Source of the DNA: Sphaerodactylus townsendi
Taxonomy: Eukaryota
Length of the DNA: 64,000 nucleotides
Direction: 5' to 3'
Assembly (NCBI RefSeq): GCF_021028975.2
Contig: NC_059438.1
Coordinates: 28,086,001-28,150,000 of the forward strand
Positions 12,150 through 24,559 of this stretch are shown one piece after another (position 1 is the stretch's first letter; every line of letters begins with the position of its first letter). Below the pieces are notes generated by a model. That model saw only the letters and a list, made by a program, of their open reading frames with translations. It did not search any database and had not been told where the DNA came from. Both the position numbers and the translations under genes were made by a program.

Positions 12150-12294
12150 GGAAGAGAAAGGCCGCGACGTGAGCGCGCGACCCTGGACGCCATTTTGTTT
12201 TGGAACCAGCCGAGGAGGTAACTAGAGAAGCGCGAGAGGCTCCGGAAGGCGCCCGCTCCGGCCTCGAGACTCCCTCGCCGCTAGTCCGCCAGAG
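12150..12294 (+). other. CNOT1: CNOT1 non-coding exon 1 (start approximate)
   Basis: Within CpG island, contains the YY1 motif typical just downstream of a TSS; donor CAGAG|GTGAGG at 12294/12295. Confidence 0.6.
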
Positions 12295-13872
12295 GTGAGG
12301 AGGAGAGACGGAGACCCGCGGCCTAGTTTCGGTCCGGCGCAAGCGGGAGATCCGTATGCGGGCTTGGGCGTTGTTGGCGACGGGTTTCCCTTCCTCCTTA
12401 TTCTGGCGTTCGTCTCTCCGTTGCGCTGAGGAGGAAGCAAGCGAGTTTTGCCTGTGGGGTCCCCTCCCGAGCACGTGCTTCCCTTCACGGCCTCAACCCG
12501 CTGGAGTCGGTCCTTCAGTCCGGCCCTTCCGCTTGTGGCGGGCGGAGGGATCATGGCCTAGAGGGGCTTTCCTGGGACCACCCAGCCAGCCCGTCCGCGC
12601 GAGGCTTCACAGCAAGCGCGGTGCAGGCCGGGCAACGCTTCCTCCCGTTCCAAAGGAGATCGCTTCGGTGGCAGCAAGTTCCCCCCACTCCCACCCATGT
12701 CGTTGGGAATCGTTAGCGTGGAGCTGCGGCGAAGTGTGGCTTTGGGATGCTTTCGTTCTTTGCTTTCCCCATTTTGCAACCGTCTCTAGTGCAGGCAGCT
12801 GTATGTGTTTAAGAAACGAGGATTCTAGACTAGTTGTAGATGACTCCTACACGGCTCTTACAATTGTTGCCAGCTTCTCCCTTCTTTGCATATTAGATTT
12901 TAATTTCGGGTCCGGAGTGACACTCCTGCTTCCCATTTTCAGCCGCTAGTCGATTGACAGAAATGCTTTCCTCAGTCGGGCCAAAGAGCTGTCCGTTAAG
13001 TTCGGCAGAGTCTCAGAAGGAAGCTCATAAGGCAGTAACAGAGAGCCCCTGAAACACATCTTTGAAACTGGGGAAGGAGAACCTTTGAATAAGAAACCTT
13101 CCTTTAACCGACTCTTGATTAACTTGCTAAGCCCTCTCCAAATACTCTTGGCCCTAGTACCCTGGCTGTTGCCACATCTGATGCAAATGGACTCTGGAAC
13201 TTAGTTCCATGTTTTATGAAGCATGATTCAATACTATCTGCTATGTAGGGCACAATCTCTGAGATTGTAATCTCACTAGTGACTAGCCGGTTTTAAGCAA
13301 CCTGTGATTCTTTACTTTTAACATTCCATCTGCAGATATCTGTACATAACATCTCAATTCATGGTTTACAGATTTCATAATTTTAGAAACCCTCCTGATA
13401 CTCTTGGTTTTGGAGGCAGGATGGGTAGCCTTTTGAAACTAGATTGTTATAGTTCTGTTAACTGTTATTGTTTTGTAAAAGCTGTTGTATTTGTAGTCCC
13501 TTAATGATTATTTACAAGGAACAGGATTATTTTACTGCCACATCAAACTGAACTTTAGTTGACCTCCCTTCTTCAGTTTGAACCTCATCAACATATGTGA
13601 AGTTAGGAATTTTTTTTTCAATGACCACCACTTTTCACTTAAATTGAATCTTCACTGCCAGTGTGTTCCCCCATTTATCCAGTTTGGTGAAATTGTTTGG
13701 AATTCTGTAGTTGGGTTGTGATTAGAATATTCTGAATAATTTGCTGTCCTTTGAAAATGTGTTCATATTGGGTTTTAAATTTCCAGTGTTTGATACTTGA
13801 GGGTAACCAACTGCTTGCTTGCTTTCCTCTTGTGAAAACTCGTTTGTTGCCTCTACAACTTAACCTTTCCTT

Positions 13873-14096
13873 AGCCAGCATGGTGTGGTAGTTAAAAGCA
13901 GGTGGATTCTAATCTGGAGAATGGGGTTTGATTCCCCACTTCTTCACCCAAGTGGCAGAGTCTTATCTGATGAACCAGATGTGTTTCCGCACTCCTCCAT
14001 TCTTGCTGGGAATGGAGAGGAAGGGAAAGGAGTTTGTAAGCCACCTTGAGTCTCCTTACAGGAGAGAAAGGTGGGATATAAATCCAAACTCTTCTT
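13873..14096 (+). mobile_element. Squam3-type SINE (internal deletion)
   Basis: Head AGCCAGCATGGTGTGGTAGTTAA, tail AAATCCAAACTCTTCTT. Confidence 0.85.
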
Positions 14097-15088
14097 AATT
14101 CTATTGGTTCAGAAAAAGGCATGTAATCTGATCACACCTGTAGAGAAGGACTTTGCCAACAGGTTTCTGAACTTCAAGTCTGCTATCCACTTGATTACTC
14201 TCATATGTACCTGTTGGATATATTCAAGTTTTTTTAAGTTGTACTATTTCTTTCTCAGCAGTATTCTATGCATTGAACAATTCCAGTTTTAACTATGCTC
14301 TCAACGTGAGGGGACAGGCGTCTAATGTGGGAATGTGGCATTTTCAGCTAGTTTTGTAGTGGCTTCCCTCACTTGTTTCTTGTGTGTGTGTTTTCAGAAA
14401 GTAACTTCAAAGATGCTGTTCTAATTTGTAATTACAAACTGATGAGTAACTTGGATTGTAAGCGTTCAGAGTGAAATGAGTGCTGATCTTCCTTGTAAAC
14501 AGGAAACAGTTTGCTTGAAATTCTTGTGCCAACTTATCTAGATTCTTGGCTACCTTCTTTTGACGACTACCTAATCCTGATATTAACTGGACCTAAAGAA
14601 CAGAATACCTAAGCAGAGCTTTAAAAATTACCCTTAATTGTAGACTAGTATAGCATACCATGTGTTATTTAACTCTTGTGTAATATTCTAAATGTGACTG
14701 TGCTGATGAAACTGTAATTAAAATCTTACCCACAGTCAAGTGCAGGCAATCCATAGTTGTTTAGTTGATTAATGCTACCTTTGGCCCAAGTCAGATGGTA
14801 CTCAACTTGTAATTCTCTGGTATGTCATGTTGGCTAACTCTTCTTGGTAGCAGTATTCTAATTCTTGTTTTCTGAACATCTAACAAGATGTAATTGGCAG
14901 TTTCTCTCCAGAACATGGCACGAGCTAGTTCTGATGACCTCTTGTTCAGATATAAAATTGTGTCAATGGATCTACAATCTATGTCACACACATTGGTTGT
15001 ATTTGAAGAATTGCATTGTTTTGGCTAAGTTTGAGTTTGAGTATAGTGTATGTAGGAAGCAGCTTTTGCACTGCTCTGAGATTAGCCC

Positions 15089-15382
15089 TGAGCAGCAGTG
15101 GCATAGTGGTTAAGAGCAGGTGTACTCTAATCTGGAGGAACCGGGTTTGATTCCCTGCTCTGCCACTTGAGCTGTGGAGGCTTATCTGGGGAATTCAGGT
15201 TAACCTGTGCTTTCCAATACAGGCCAGCTGGGTGACCTTGGGCTTGTCACAGTTCTTCAGAGCTCTCTCAGGCCCACCTACCTCACAGGGTGTTTGTGGT
15301 GCGGGGGGAGAAGGGAAAGGAGTTTGTAAGTCCCTTTGAGTCTCCTACAGAAGAGAAAAGGGGAATATAAATGCAACTCTTC
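15089..15382 (+). mobile_element. Squam3-type SINE
   Basis: Full-length copy, A/B boxes, similar to 40366 and 47631. Confidence 0.85.
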
Positions 15383-15749
15383 TGATTCATTTTGGGATCT
15401 CTGAGTTTATAAAACTTACATTGGTTCTGTGCCAATATTACTGCTATGGCTTCTTGAGTGAATTTTTAATTGTAGTTTGAAGGTGCTTAGAATTTGTTAA
15501 TGTGGTGGCATGGGTGTAGCTGCGGCAAATGTAGCCCTGCTTTGATTAAGCCAACTATTTCAGATTTGTCGTGGTCCGACTGCAGACTGCTGTGATCATT
15601 GTTGTGTATAGTAGAAACTCATCTTAGTTTAGATGTGCAGCAGAATGCTTGCTGCTGAACAAGCTCATGTGACCAGTGTGAGCCTGAACAAGCAATGAAC
15701 TCTGCTGTTTTCATAGGTGAATCGGCACATACCAATCATTATTCCTACT

Positions 15750-16035
15750 GAGAGCCAGGGTGGTGTAGTGGTTAAGAGCAGGTGCATTCTAATCTGGAGA
15801 ACCAGCTTTGATTCCCCACTCCTCCACAGGAGTGGCAGAGGCTTATCTGGTGAACCAGATATGTTTCTGCATTCCTGCTGGGTGACCTTGGGCTAGTCAC
15901 AGTTCTTCGGAGCTCTCTCAGCCCCACCTACCTCACAAGGTGTCTGTTGTGGGGAGTGGAAGGGAAAAGAGCTTGTAAGCTACCTTGAATTTCCTTGCAA
16001 GAGAGGAAGGTGGGGTATAAATCCAAACTCTTCTT
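15750..16035 (+). mobile_element. Squam3-type SINE
   Basis: GAGAGCCAGGGTGGTGTAGTGGTTAAGAGC...CCAAACTCTTCTT. Confidence 0.85.
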
Positions 16036-16117
16036 AAGGCCATCTTATTTTCACTCTTAATGTAAATGTATTGCTGACCATGGATAACCTAGAATATTTG
16101 CGTTTTATATAGTTGCT

Positions 16118-16358
16118 TGTGTGTGTAAAGTCCTGTCAAATCACAGCTGATTCATGGTGACTCTGCAGGGTTTTCAAGGCAAGTGATGTCCATAGGTGAT
16201 TTGCCATTGCCTGCCTCTGCTTAGACTGAGAGAATTGTGACAGGACTGTGTCTGGCTTAAGGTCAACCAGCATGCTTTGTGTAGAGGAGTGGGGAGTCAA
16301 ACCCAGTTCTCCTGGGTTAGAGTCCTGCTACTCTTAACCACAGCACCATGTTGGCTCT
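16118..16358 (-). mobile_element. Squamate SINE (tRNA head with BovB-like tail)
   Basis: TTTGCCATTGCC tail motif complement plus tRNA-head complement. Confidence 0.65.
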
Positions 16359-17843
16359 CAATAGCTGTTAGGGGCTGAAGTCAAATTACAATTTTATCGT
16401 GTTCTAGTGTTACAGATATAGCTGTACATCAAGTTGTTCTAGTTCAGGTTAATTATATCTGTTACTGTTGGTTGATTAGTACGAACATTCACGAAGTATG
16501 CTCATTAGATCGTCATCCACTGCTTGTGTCATGCATTGGTTGATGGGACGTAATATGGTGGAACATGTTAGAATGTTTTGTTACATGATGTAAAAGGCAC
16601 ACACGTTAAGTTCTTGTCATTGCTTGTTTACATATTAACTATAACATTTAGTAGTATTGGATTAATTCATTTCTTGGCTAGTAGCTTTATGTACTGGCTC
16701 CAATGTTCACTTACATGGACCTTTTTAAGAGCCATAATGAAATTATAAGATATTGGGCAGAAATGAGAGGTTAACTTTTTTATAGTGATGACAAGAAAAT
16801 CTGTCAGGGCTTGATTTGCTCTGATGGGCAGTGACTCCCAAGGGTATCAGATGTAGGTCTTTAAGATCTCCTGGTAGATGATTCTTTCAGCTGGAAATGC
16901 TGGGGATTGAACCTGCCACCTTCTACATGCAAAGTGCCATGAGCCTTCATTCCAGGGAGCATAGATCCCGCCTTGTGTGGGTTTATGCTAAGCAGCCTTG
17001 CATGTCAGATTACAGGTCCATTCTAATCAGTATTTGCATTGTGGGGAAGGGAAGGAGTTTGTAAGCTACTTTGATACTCTTTACAGAAGAGAAATGTGGG
17101 GTATAAATCCAAACACTTCTTCTACCTCTTCTACCTGTAGTGTAAACGGATGTAAATCTAGGAAATTTAAATTTAGGAGTTTTGTTATTTGGTTGCTCTA
17201 AATAAAAAAGCACTGTAATTTGTTGTTAGGTGTTGAGTCAATGAATGCCTTCATGGATTTGAGATGTGGCATACCAGACCAATATACTGCTCAAACAGTT
17301 TCACTTTTGTTTCTACTGCCTATCCCTCCCTTCTGGTAGTTATCATCAGCCTTCTTCTCTAGGTGTATTCCTCCCCTCAATCTAGTCAGAATCAGCAGCA
17401 GAAGATGCTGTTGTTTTCAGGTCTTCCTTTGTTGCTTTACCCTTTCCTTTCTCCTTTATCATAAAATCTCTCCCCCACCCCCTAATAATCTCAACCTGAC
17501 ACAAATGATAGAAGTATTAACTGGTAAAGTCAGTGATCTGCATAAGATAAAACAGAAATAGTCATGCCTTTTGACGTTTGTGTACTGACCAGGTATATCG
17601 TTAGCATAAGATGGGACAAAAGTTTCATCTGAATGGATCAGTGGATAGTTCTTATGGCTCTAGCCCCCCAGTATCATGGCATAATATAAGGGCATGAGAT
17701 ACTGTGCTGCGTGCTGGCTGACGGAAGTGTTTTCCACTCCCGGTGTTTCATACCTTCATATGGAGTTCAAGCAATGTTTGCATTAAATTTAGATTTCATT
17801 TTCAACTAGATTATGGTTACAGTGGAAAAGTATAGTTGAAGCT

Positions 17844-17844
<1 letters not shown>

Positions 17845-17881
<37 letters not shown>
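17845..17881. repeat. (TTAG)n microsatellite
   Basis: About 9 tandem TTAG units. Confidence 0.9.
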
Positions 17882-18106
17882 GAAGCTTTATTTATTGCTT
17901 CTACCATTTTGTTAACCAGCTGAACAAACTTGAAATAAATGTGCCAGAGCAGGAAAGAGCAAAAATATTGCTCTTCTTGCCTCCAAGTTCAGAATGTCAG
18001 CTGCCCATATATAAAACAAATTATAAATGAAATAATCAAATAGCTTCATCTTGCCTGTAAATCACTTACAGAATGTAACATTAAACTGTGCTGTTCTATC
18101 TTGCAG

Positions 18107-18397
18107 GTGCCATGTTTCAGAACAGAGGGAGAATACTTGGAAAGAAGAGCTGAAGACATAGCAGAAATTGAGACATACGCTAACTGGAAAATANNNNNNN
18201 NNNNNNNNNNNNNNNNNNNNNNNNNNNNNNNNNNNNNNNNNNNNNNNNNNNNNNNNNNNNNNNNNNNNNNNNNNNNNNNNNNNNNNNNNNNNNNNNNNNN
18301 NNNNNNNNNNNNNNNNNNNNNNNNNNNNNNNNNNNNNNNNNNNNNNNNNNNNNNNNNNNNNNNNNNNNNNNNNNNNNNNNNNNNNNNNNNNNNNNNN
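18107..18397 (+). other. CNOT1: CNOT1 exon 2 (5'UTR visible; start codon hidden in N gap 18194-18397)
   Basis: Acceptor ttgcag|GTGCCATGTTTCAGAACAG resembles the CNOT1 exon 2 5'UTR as I recall it; the expected [12 protein letters not shown]... codons are not seen elsewhere upstream of exon 3. Confidence 0.75.
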
Positions 18398-19079
18398 TGG
18401 AGGAGGTATCCACAGCTCATTTTATATTATTTGTGTTCCTTACCTGTTTCGTGTGGTATCTAGAATTACAATTTACAATCTTTCTGTAATTTGGGAGTTA
18501 ATGGTTTTGTCCAATTACACTAAAAGGCAACTTCTTGTCTAATGTTTCTTATTAGCTTAGTTTCCTTTCCTGATTTATGTATTAAAGAGTTTGTGTGGAC
18601 TTCTGGATCATCACTGACTTATCAGCACATTGCTTGTAGGGCTTAGTAAGAAGGCACATAATTCTGCAGCCATGCTGAATGTGGCATGGCTCTGTATGGG
18701 GAACCCACTCAAACCTCCTCGAATGCCACGATAGAAAAAAGTCTGGATATAAATGTGATAAAATCAGTACATTGGTCTACTTAGCACTGTGTTATTTGCT
18801 GTTACGTTACTGCCCAGTAAGTTCCTGAACATTTAAGAACATTTAATAAAGAGAATTTGACAAGTCTTAAAGTGTCCATTTTTAGAAAGGTTTCTGATTT
18901 TCTATGAATAATGTAGTTTTGTGCATGTTTCAACTACAAAAGCTATTTATTTACATGTTCTGTATCTTGCCCCTATAATTTGGATTATAACATCTAATTC
19001 AAATGTAATATTTATAATAATGTATTTATAATAATATAAATAACATTTTAATAATAAATGTAATATTTATAGCCCAGCA

Positions 19080-19670
19080 TCCAGTCAATAAAAGTAACCA
19101 TATTCAGAGGGGAAAAGGGTGAGGGGACCAACCTCTTGAGCAAACCGAAGTATTTTAACCTGGTGCCTGACATTCCACAGGCTAGGTGCCTGGTGGATAG
19201 TTATGAGTGATTGTTAGGTCATTACAGGGAAGGCTCTGCCTGTAGCATTCAGCCTCCTAACTTGAGACAGTGGGGAGAAGGATAGGATCTGTAAAGATTG
19301 AAGTAACTGGACAGATTCATATGGACAATAGTGGTCCTTCTAGAATATGGAGACCTGTAAGCAGAATACACCATACTTTCAATTGTGCCTGGAAATGTAT
19401 AGGCAGCAAATGCTATTTGTTTAAGACAGGGGTGCCAAGCAATGCAGAAAATGGAAATTTAATTCCTGATTGAAACTCTTGAATGGTCTTCATGGTCAAC
19501 TCCAGATTTAGCATTTTATTGTAGTCTGATCTGGCATGAGCATTAATAATTGTAGAGAGATCTTATCCAGGAAAAGCTACAAATGGCACATCGCCAGTAC
19601 TGGAGCATAGGCGATCTGTATCATAGAGGCCGCCTGTGCCTCTCTATTGCACAGGTATGAAAGTGCCACA
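19080..19670 (-). mobile_element. Old L2-like RT fragment
   Basis: Degenerate complement of the LDYCN-type L2 ORF2 region near 19510-19535. Confidence 0.45.
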
Positions 19671-19689
19671 AACCTCACTTTTCATTTTT

Positions 19690-19908
19690 ATTTTATCCTT
19701 ACTTCATTTATGTCCTGCTTTTCTCCCAGAGGAGACTCAAGCTCCTTACATTGTTCTCCTTGCTTCTGTTTTACCCTTAACAACAACCCTGTGAGAGTTG
19801 TGTGACTGGCTCAGAGTCACCCTGCAAGCTTCCATGGCAGAGTGGAATTTGAACTGGGGTTTCCCAACTCCTAGTCTACCGCTCCCAACTATTGAACCAC
19901 ACTGGCTC
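19690..19908 (-). mobile_element. Squamate tRNA-SINE
   Basis: GGAATTTGAAC B-box complement, CCACACTGGCTC end. Confidence 0.7.
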
Positions 19909-22882
19909 TGCTCCATGTCCTCATCCAGTCCATTACCACTTTGACGCCTATCCAGAACATCCACTGTCTCACCTGCTACAATATAGATGTGTGGTTGGAT
20001 GTTACCAGTCTGTTGATGGCAATCCTCTCCAAATCTCTAGATGACTTTTTGGAACAGTTTCATTTGGATGCTTAATCCAACGGGAGATCATGGGACCCAG
20101 ATTTTGTTCTGTGTCTGAAAACAATGTAAAATGTTTTGAGTCTTCCAATGGGTGTGGAGGGAAGGTCATGGTAAGAATAGATGATGTAACAATGCTGCAG
20201 TAAGTTAACATTTTGTTTCCAGTTTCTTCCCTGTGTGGCTTCACGTTCAAAAGCAGTATCAACAAATCACCTTGAAATATTACTCTTGGAAGTCTCAAGA
20301 GAGATGCTCTATGTGTAACAGCTAGTATGATCCACTCAAGTGCAAATGACTTCTCAACGAGCAAGTAGCAGTTGCTAAAGGGCAAATGAATAGCAAGTTA
20401 TACCCACACTTTGTAATGTAAGACACCTTTGCTAGTGGTCATACTGTAAAGGTGTTTGCATAGCCGTACTCTGTGCTTCCCTTCTTGTGACTGTTCAGAA
20501 ACGTAGTAATTCATAAGAGGCCAGATGCATTTTCAACTCTGCCTGTACCTGATTTTCAAAGATACGTAGAGGGTTTTTAATTAAGGGTCTGAAATTATTC
20601 TTCACAACCATACTTTCCTGGATTGTTATAGAAGTGCTCAAAATCATTGTGAAGTGATTATTATTCTTGGACTCTAGTGGGACTACAGGAAAGGGCATTA
20701 GGTTGTTCTTAAACATTCCATGGAACCACACATCATATTGAAAGGGGCTGCAACTGTCTATATTCATTCTACTCAAAAATGTATTCCAGTTTATGACCAG
20801 CATGGAATTTAAAATTTGGTTTTCTCCTTGGAACAGATATAACCACAACATGTTTGGATTCTGTTAAAAAGCTGGACCCAACCGTGCATTTGATAACTTG
20901 TCATTCTTTATTGAGCTATATTTTTTTCAAGCCTGTGTTTGATCACCATGGAGTGTTACACACATTTGGTTGCTTGGGAATGACTAGCTTGACCTTTTCA
21001 AGTGCAGATTTGAGGTTCTCGGCCTTTCTTTGACAATGTCCTGGTCTTTTTGCTGCAAGAATTAGGGAAGGTGTTTCTGGGTGGGAAGATTATTTGAAAA
21101 ACAAACTGATGGAGTCAGTGTTGAAAAATGAAACGATTGTTGTCTTTAAATGTAGTAGTCTGAATATATTGCCTGGATCATAAACAACATTCTAGTGGTT
21201 GCTATCAAGTCTCACGTCAGGAAATCTCTCCTAAAAGCCTTGTGAAATAGTTCAAAGAACTTCTGCAGATCTGCCTTGCTAATGAGAATTGAGAGGATGG
21301 ATGCTGCCTCCTACTTCTGTGCAGGGTTGATTTGATTTTAAACCCTGGTTAAAGTCTGAAAGAAGAAAAAGACTCATCATTTACTTAAATAAAAATTATA
21401 TTCTTTGTTTAGATATTTCATAAATAAAAGTGAAGACCAATTTGCTGCTATATCATTAAAATACACTGGATTGGAGGCAACCTCAAATAATGCTGAGTTA
21501 AAGCATCTAATGGCATATTTTACTGCTTTAGAAAATGATATGTAGTAGATTGTTTTAGGTAATTTAGGTCTCATTCCCTGTCAGCCTTCCAGAAACAGCT
21601 GGAAGATTTTGGAGACACTAGAAAAATTTTTTTTGGTTTTTTTCCTTCTGCCTTTTCTTTAGCATATGAGTTTATTTAGATATTCATACTTCACTTTTCT
21701 CCCTAAAATGGCTTAACAGCACTATCGTAGTAATTTGAGAGGTAGGTTAGGTTGAACAAAAGTGCCTGTCCCTATGTCACCAGTCAGGCTGTCAAGGCCA
21801 AGTAGGGATTTGAATCTTGGCTTTCCAGATCCTGTTCTGATAACTTTAACGATTACATAATGTTGGCTATTGCCCTTCCCCACCCTCAAGAATAATTTCT
21901 GTGTGAAACAAGGCCAAGTCATTCAATTATGCCTCTTGGCTGTTGACTGCACTTCCCAGTATAATGGCAGGCAAGGTTGTGAATTAGTAGCAATCATTCT
22001 TGAGCTCTTGAAGTCATCTGTAGTGCTTTCCCTCAACAGAGTGGAGACCAAGTGCAATCAATGTTGTAACTGTCAGACTGGTTTATCATCCCAGAACCCT
22101 CTGATGGTTGGTTGAATTTTATTGGAAGCACCAATAGAGGACTATACTTGACTATAATGAACCTTTAAACAACTCAGCTGGTTTTTTGAAAGATGCTTGT
22201 GAAAATGCCACATCAGTAGTGGTCGCCCACGAGCCTCAGGCTGACTTGATTTTCCCAGCTGTGCTAGCAGCAGAGCTTCATGTTCTAGACTGGGACACCC
22301 TGACCTCTCTGTCTCAGAAGGGACTTCTGTATAGAGCCCAGCTGTGCTCTTCAGAACTGTTCCAGAATAACTATCCATGAGTCAATATGTTTGTTCTTTC
22401 CAGAACTGGGACAGAATCCTTGGATACTTCATCGTGTGTGTGGGGGTGGGGGTGGGGGTGGTGGCTCCACCCTTCCTACTGTGATTGGTCACTTCCCTTT
22501 TTGTCTCTGTAATAAAGCATTTACTACACACTTCTTAAAATCCAAAAATTGTTTTCAACTTGCCTGTTTGCAGTTTGCTTTCTAGTTTTGCAAGCCTTTC
22601 ACTGGCTCCTTGGCTCTGCTAGTCTCACTGCTATTTATCTCATATTTGTTCGATCTACTTAGACTTCTTTTTGAAGAACAAATTCCGTTTGCTGTTCTTA
22701 AATCTCAATAGCACTTGTGTAGCTTACTGCTGTGGTTTCCTTTGTTAACAGGGCGTTTAAGCATTGAGTCATGTTCTCCTGGTTAAAAGCATGGAATGTT
22801 GCTTGTGTGTCAACCTATGTTAAACGTTTTTTTAACATGGACCCTGGTAAGCATTTAGCCATGATGGGTGGGAAGGTCAATT

Positions 22883-22961
22883 GCCAATTGGCCATGCTGG
22901 TCGGGGCGGATGGGATTTGTAGTCCATGAACATCTGGAGAGCCACAGGTTGCAAACCCCTG
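22883..22961. mobile_element. Half hAT MITE (ACTACAATTCCCA family)
   Basis: GATGGGATTTGTAGTCCATGAACATCTGGAGAGCCACAGGTTGCAAACCCCTG. Confidence 0.75.
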
Positions 22962-23107
22962 CCCTAACTAAAACAAGCTTCAGTGCTGAATGTTATGCTG
23001 CTGGAAACAGGATTCACATGAGGATGTGCTATAAAATGGGGTTTTCCCAGTCTGCACCTTGAATTGTGCACATTTTTATTTATTTGGTACATTGCATCCT
23101 GCTCATG

Positions 23108-23690
23108 AGAGCCAACATAGTGTAATGGTTAAGAGTGGTGGAGTATAATCTGGTCAGCCAGGTTTCACTCCTCCACATGGAACATGCTGGGTGACTGTCA
23201 AACCTCGGATCTGGAAATCACGGAAACTGTTGATTTGTTCTAAAACTTTTATTTCAGAGCGTAGGTAACATTGTCAAAAGAGGAATCTGGCGATTCCCAC
23301 ACAAACCCACTACCTATATCCCGTTGCCCCCTCCCACCGAACCAAACGGCTCCTCCTCTCCTTTGCAAACTACAAAGCATTGCGAGCCTGGGAACATATC
23401 ACACCTTCCTTTGATAAGATCTGTGTCCAGGCGCTGAGGGGAAGACACCGGACTTTCGCCCCATACAGAAGATGGTAAACCGCACCGCCCCCACGCCCTA
23501 CCTGCCATTTGGCACTGACAGGCTCAGTCCTGACAGTGACTTTAGGCCAATCATAGTTCTCTCAGAACTCTCTCAGCCCCACCTACCTAACAAGGTGCCT
23601 GTTATGGAGTGGGGAAGAGAATGTGTAAGCGCTTTAGAGACTATTTAAACCAGTAAAAAGGCATGGCATTTCAAAAACAACAACAACCCT
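23108..23690 (+). mobile_element. Squam3-type SINE split by a solo LTR
   Basis: Head 23108-23195 and body 23536-23690 join at GTGAC. Confidence 0.75.
23196..23535 (-). mobile_element. Solo LTR (340 bp)
   Basis: TGTCA...TGACA termini, perfect 5-bp TSD GTGAC, AATAAA on minus strand near 23250. Confidence 0.85.
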
Positions 23691-24559
23691 GCTCTTCCTT
23701 TAAAAACCTCTGTGCAAAATACATCATTTTGCCGCCCTCTATTTTATCCTTGGAACAGCCCTGTGCAGTACTTTAGGCTGAAGGAGTGTGTGACTGGCCC
23801 AGAGTACGCTAATCACTACACCACACTGGCTATCACTAATATGATGTGTCTGGGATCACAGTATTGGGTCAGGCCTGCAGTGAAATTCAACCTGATGACT
23901 ATCTGCTATCTTCGTTCAACATTTCATGCCTTTCTCAATGCACTCATTGCTCCCAGCCCATGTATTTTCCTCATTGTGAAAGTATAGGAGGGGTGGTATG
24001 AGGCTGGCTTGAGTTACTTGATCGGGCTTGGCTGCTGAGCATCTGGTGTAGAAGGGGGGTGTTGCGTTCTGTGGCCATGGTAAAGGGTGCTGATAACATC
24101 TGAACCCAGTTTTAAAAGTGCTTGCAGTGCTTATCATGGGCCAAGTGCAGTTTGGTTTGGCTAAAAGGATCCAGTGGAACATTCCTGAAGATCTCACTGA
24201 GAACAAATGCTGGGATCCTTTCAGAATGTTAGGAGATTGCCTTGAAAACCTTGTTTAGACAACTATAGTTTGTATATTGATTATTAAGCAAGGGAGCATG
24301 TCCTTTGACAACCAGCCATGTCCAGATGAAACCGTAAAGCAGTTACCTTGAAAGTCAGACACATAGCAGAGTAAAAAATGGAGAACCTGCTTTGGATTTC
24401 ACAGATGGGTGTCTAAAACTGTAAGCAGAGCAGCCCCCATTTCTATATTGGTCATTTGTATATTGCTGTAGGATTAAGCCAAAAAGAAAACTTCACAAAG
24501 TACCTGGAATTGTTTGTCTAGCTTGCTGCATACCTGTTTGTTTGGCTGTGACTTTCACC

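Larger units (their letters stand above)
11200..12950. promoter_or_regulatory. CpG island / CNOT1 promoter
   Basis: High CpG density; five CCAAT/ATTGG boxes (11750, 11795, 11850, 11864, 12052), GC box CCCCGCCCC 12110-12118, YY1-type CGCCATTTT 12188-12196, CRE-like GACGTCA 11717; no TATA seen. Confidence 0.9.

Noticed and set aside
11761-12949. Long ORFs (110-197 aa) on both strands over the CpG island
   Set aside because: Arg/Ala/Gly/Pro-rich products expected from stop-poor GC-rich DNA; no recognisable domain.
14439-14490. CTGATGAG...GAAA hammerhead-like or C/D-box-like arrangement
   Set aside because: Stem II does not pair, and the C-to-D distance (~45 nt) is too short for a snoRNA.
15717-15729. 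AG|GTGAATCGGCAC resembling the start of CNOT1 exon 3
   Set aside because: Only 12 nt match with no extension; compatible with chance.
18046-18542. ORFs spanning poly-X
   Set aside because: Artefacts of the N gap.
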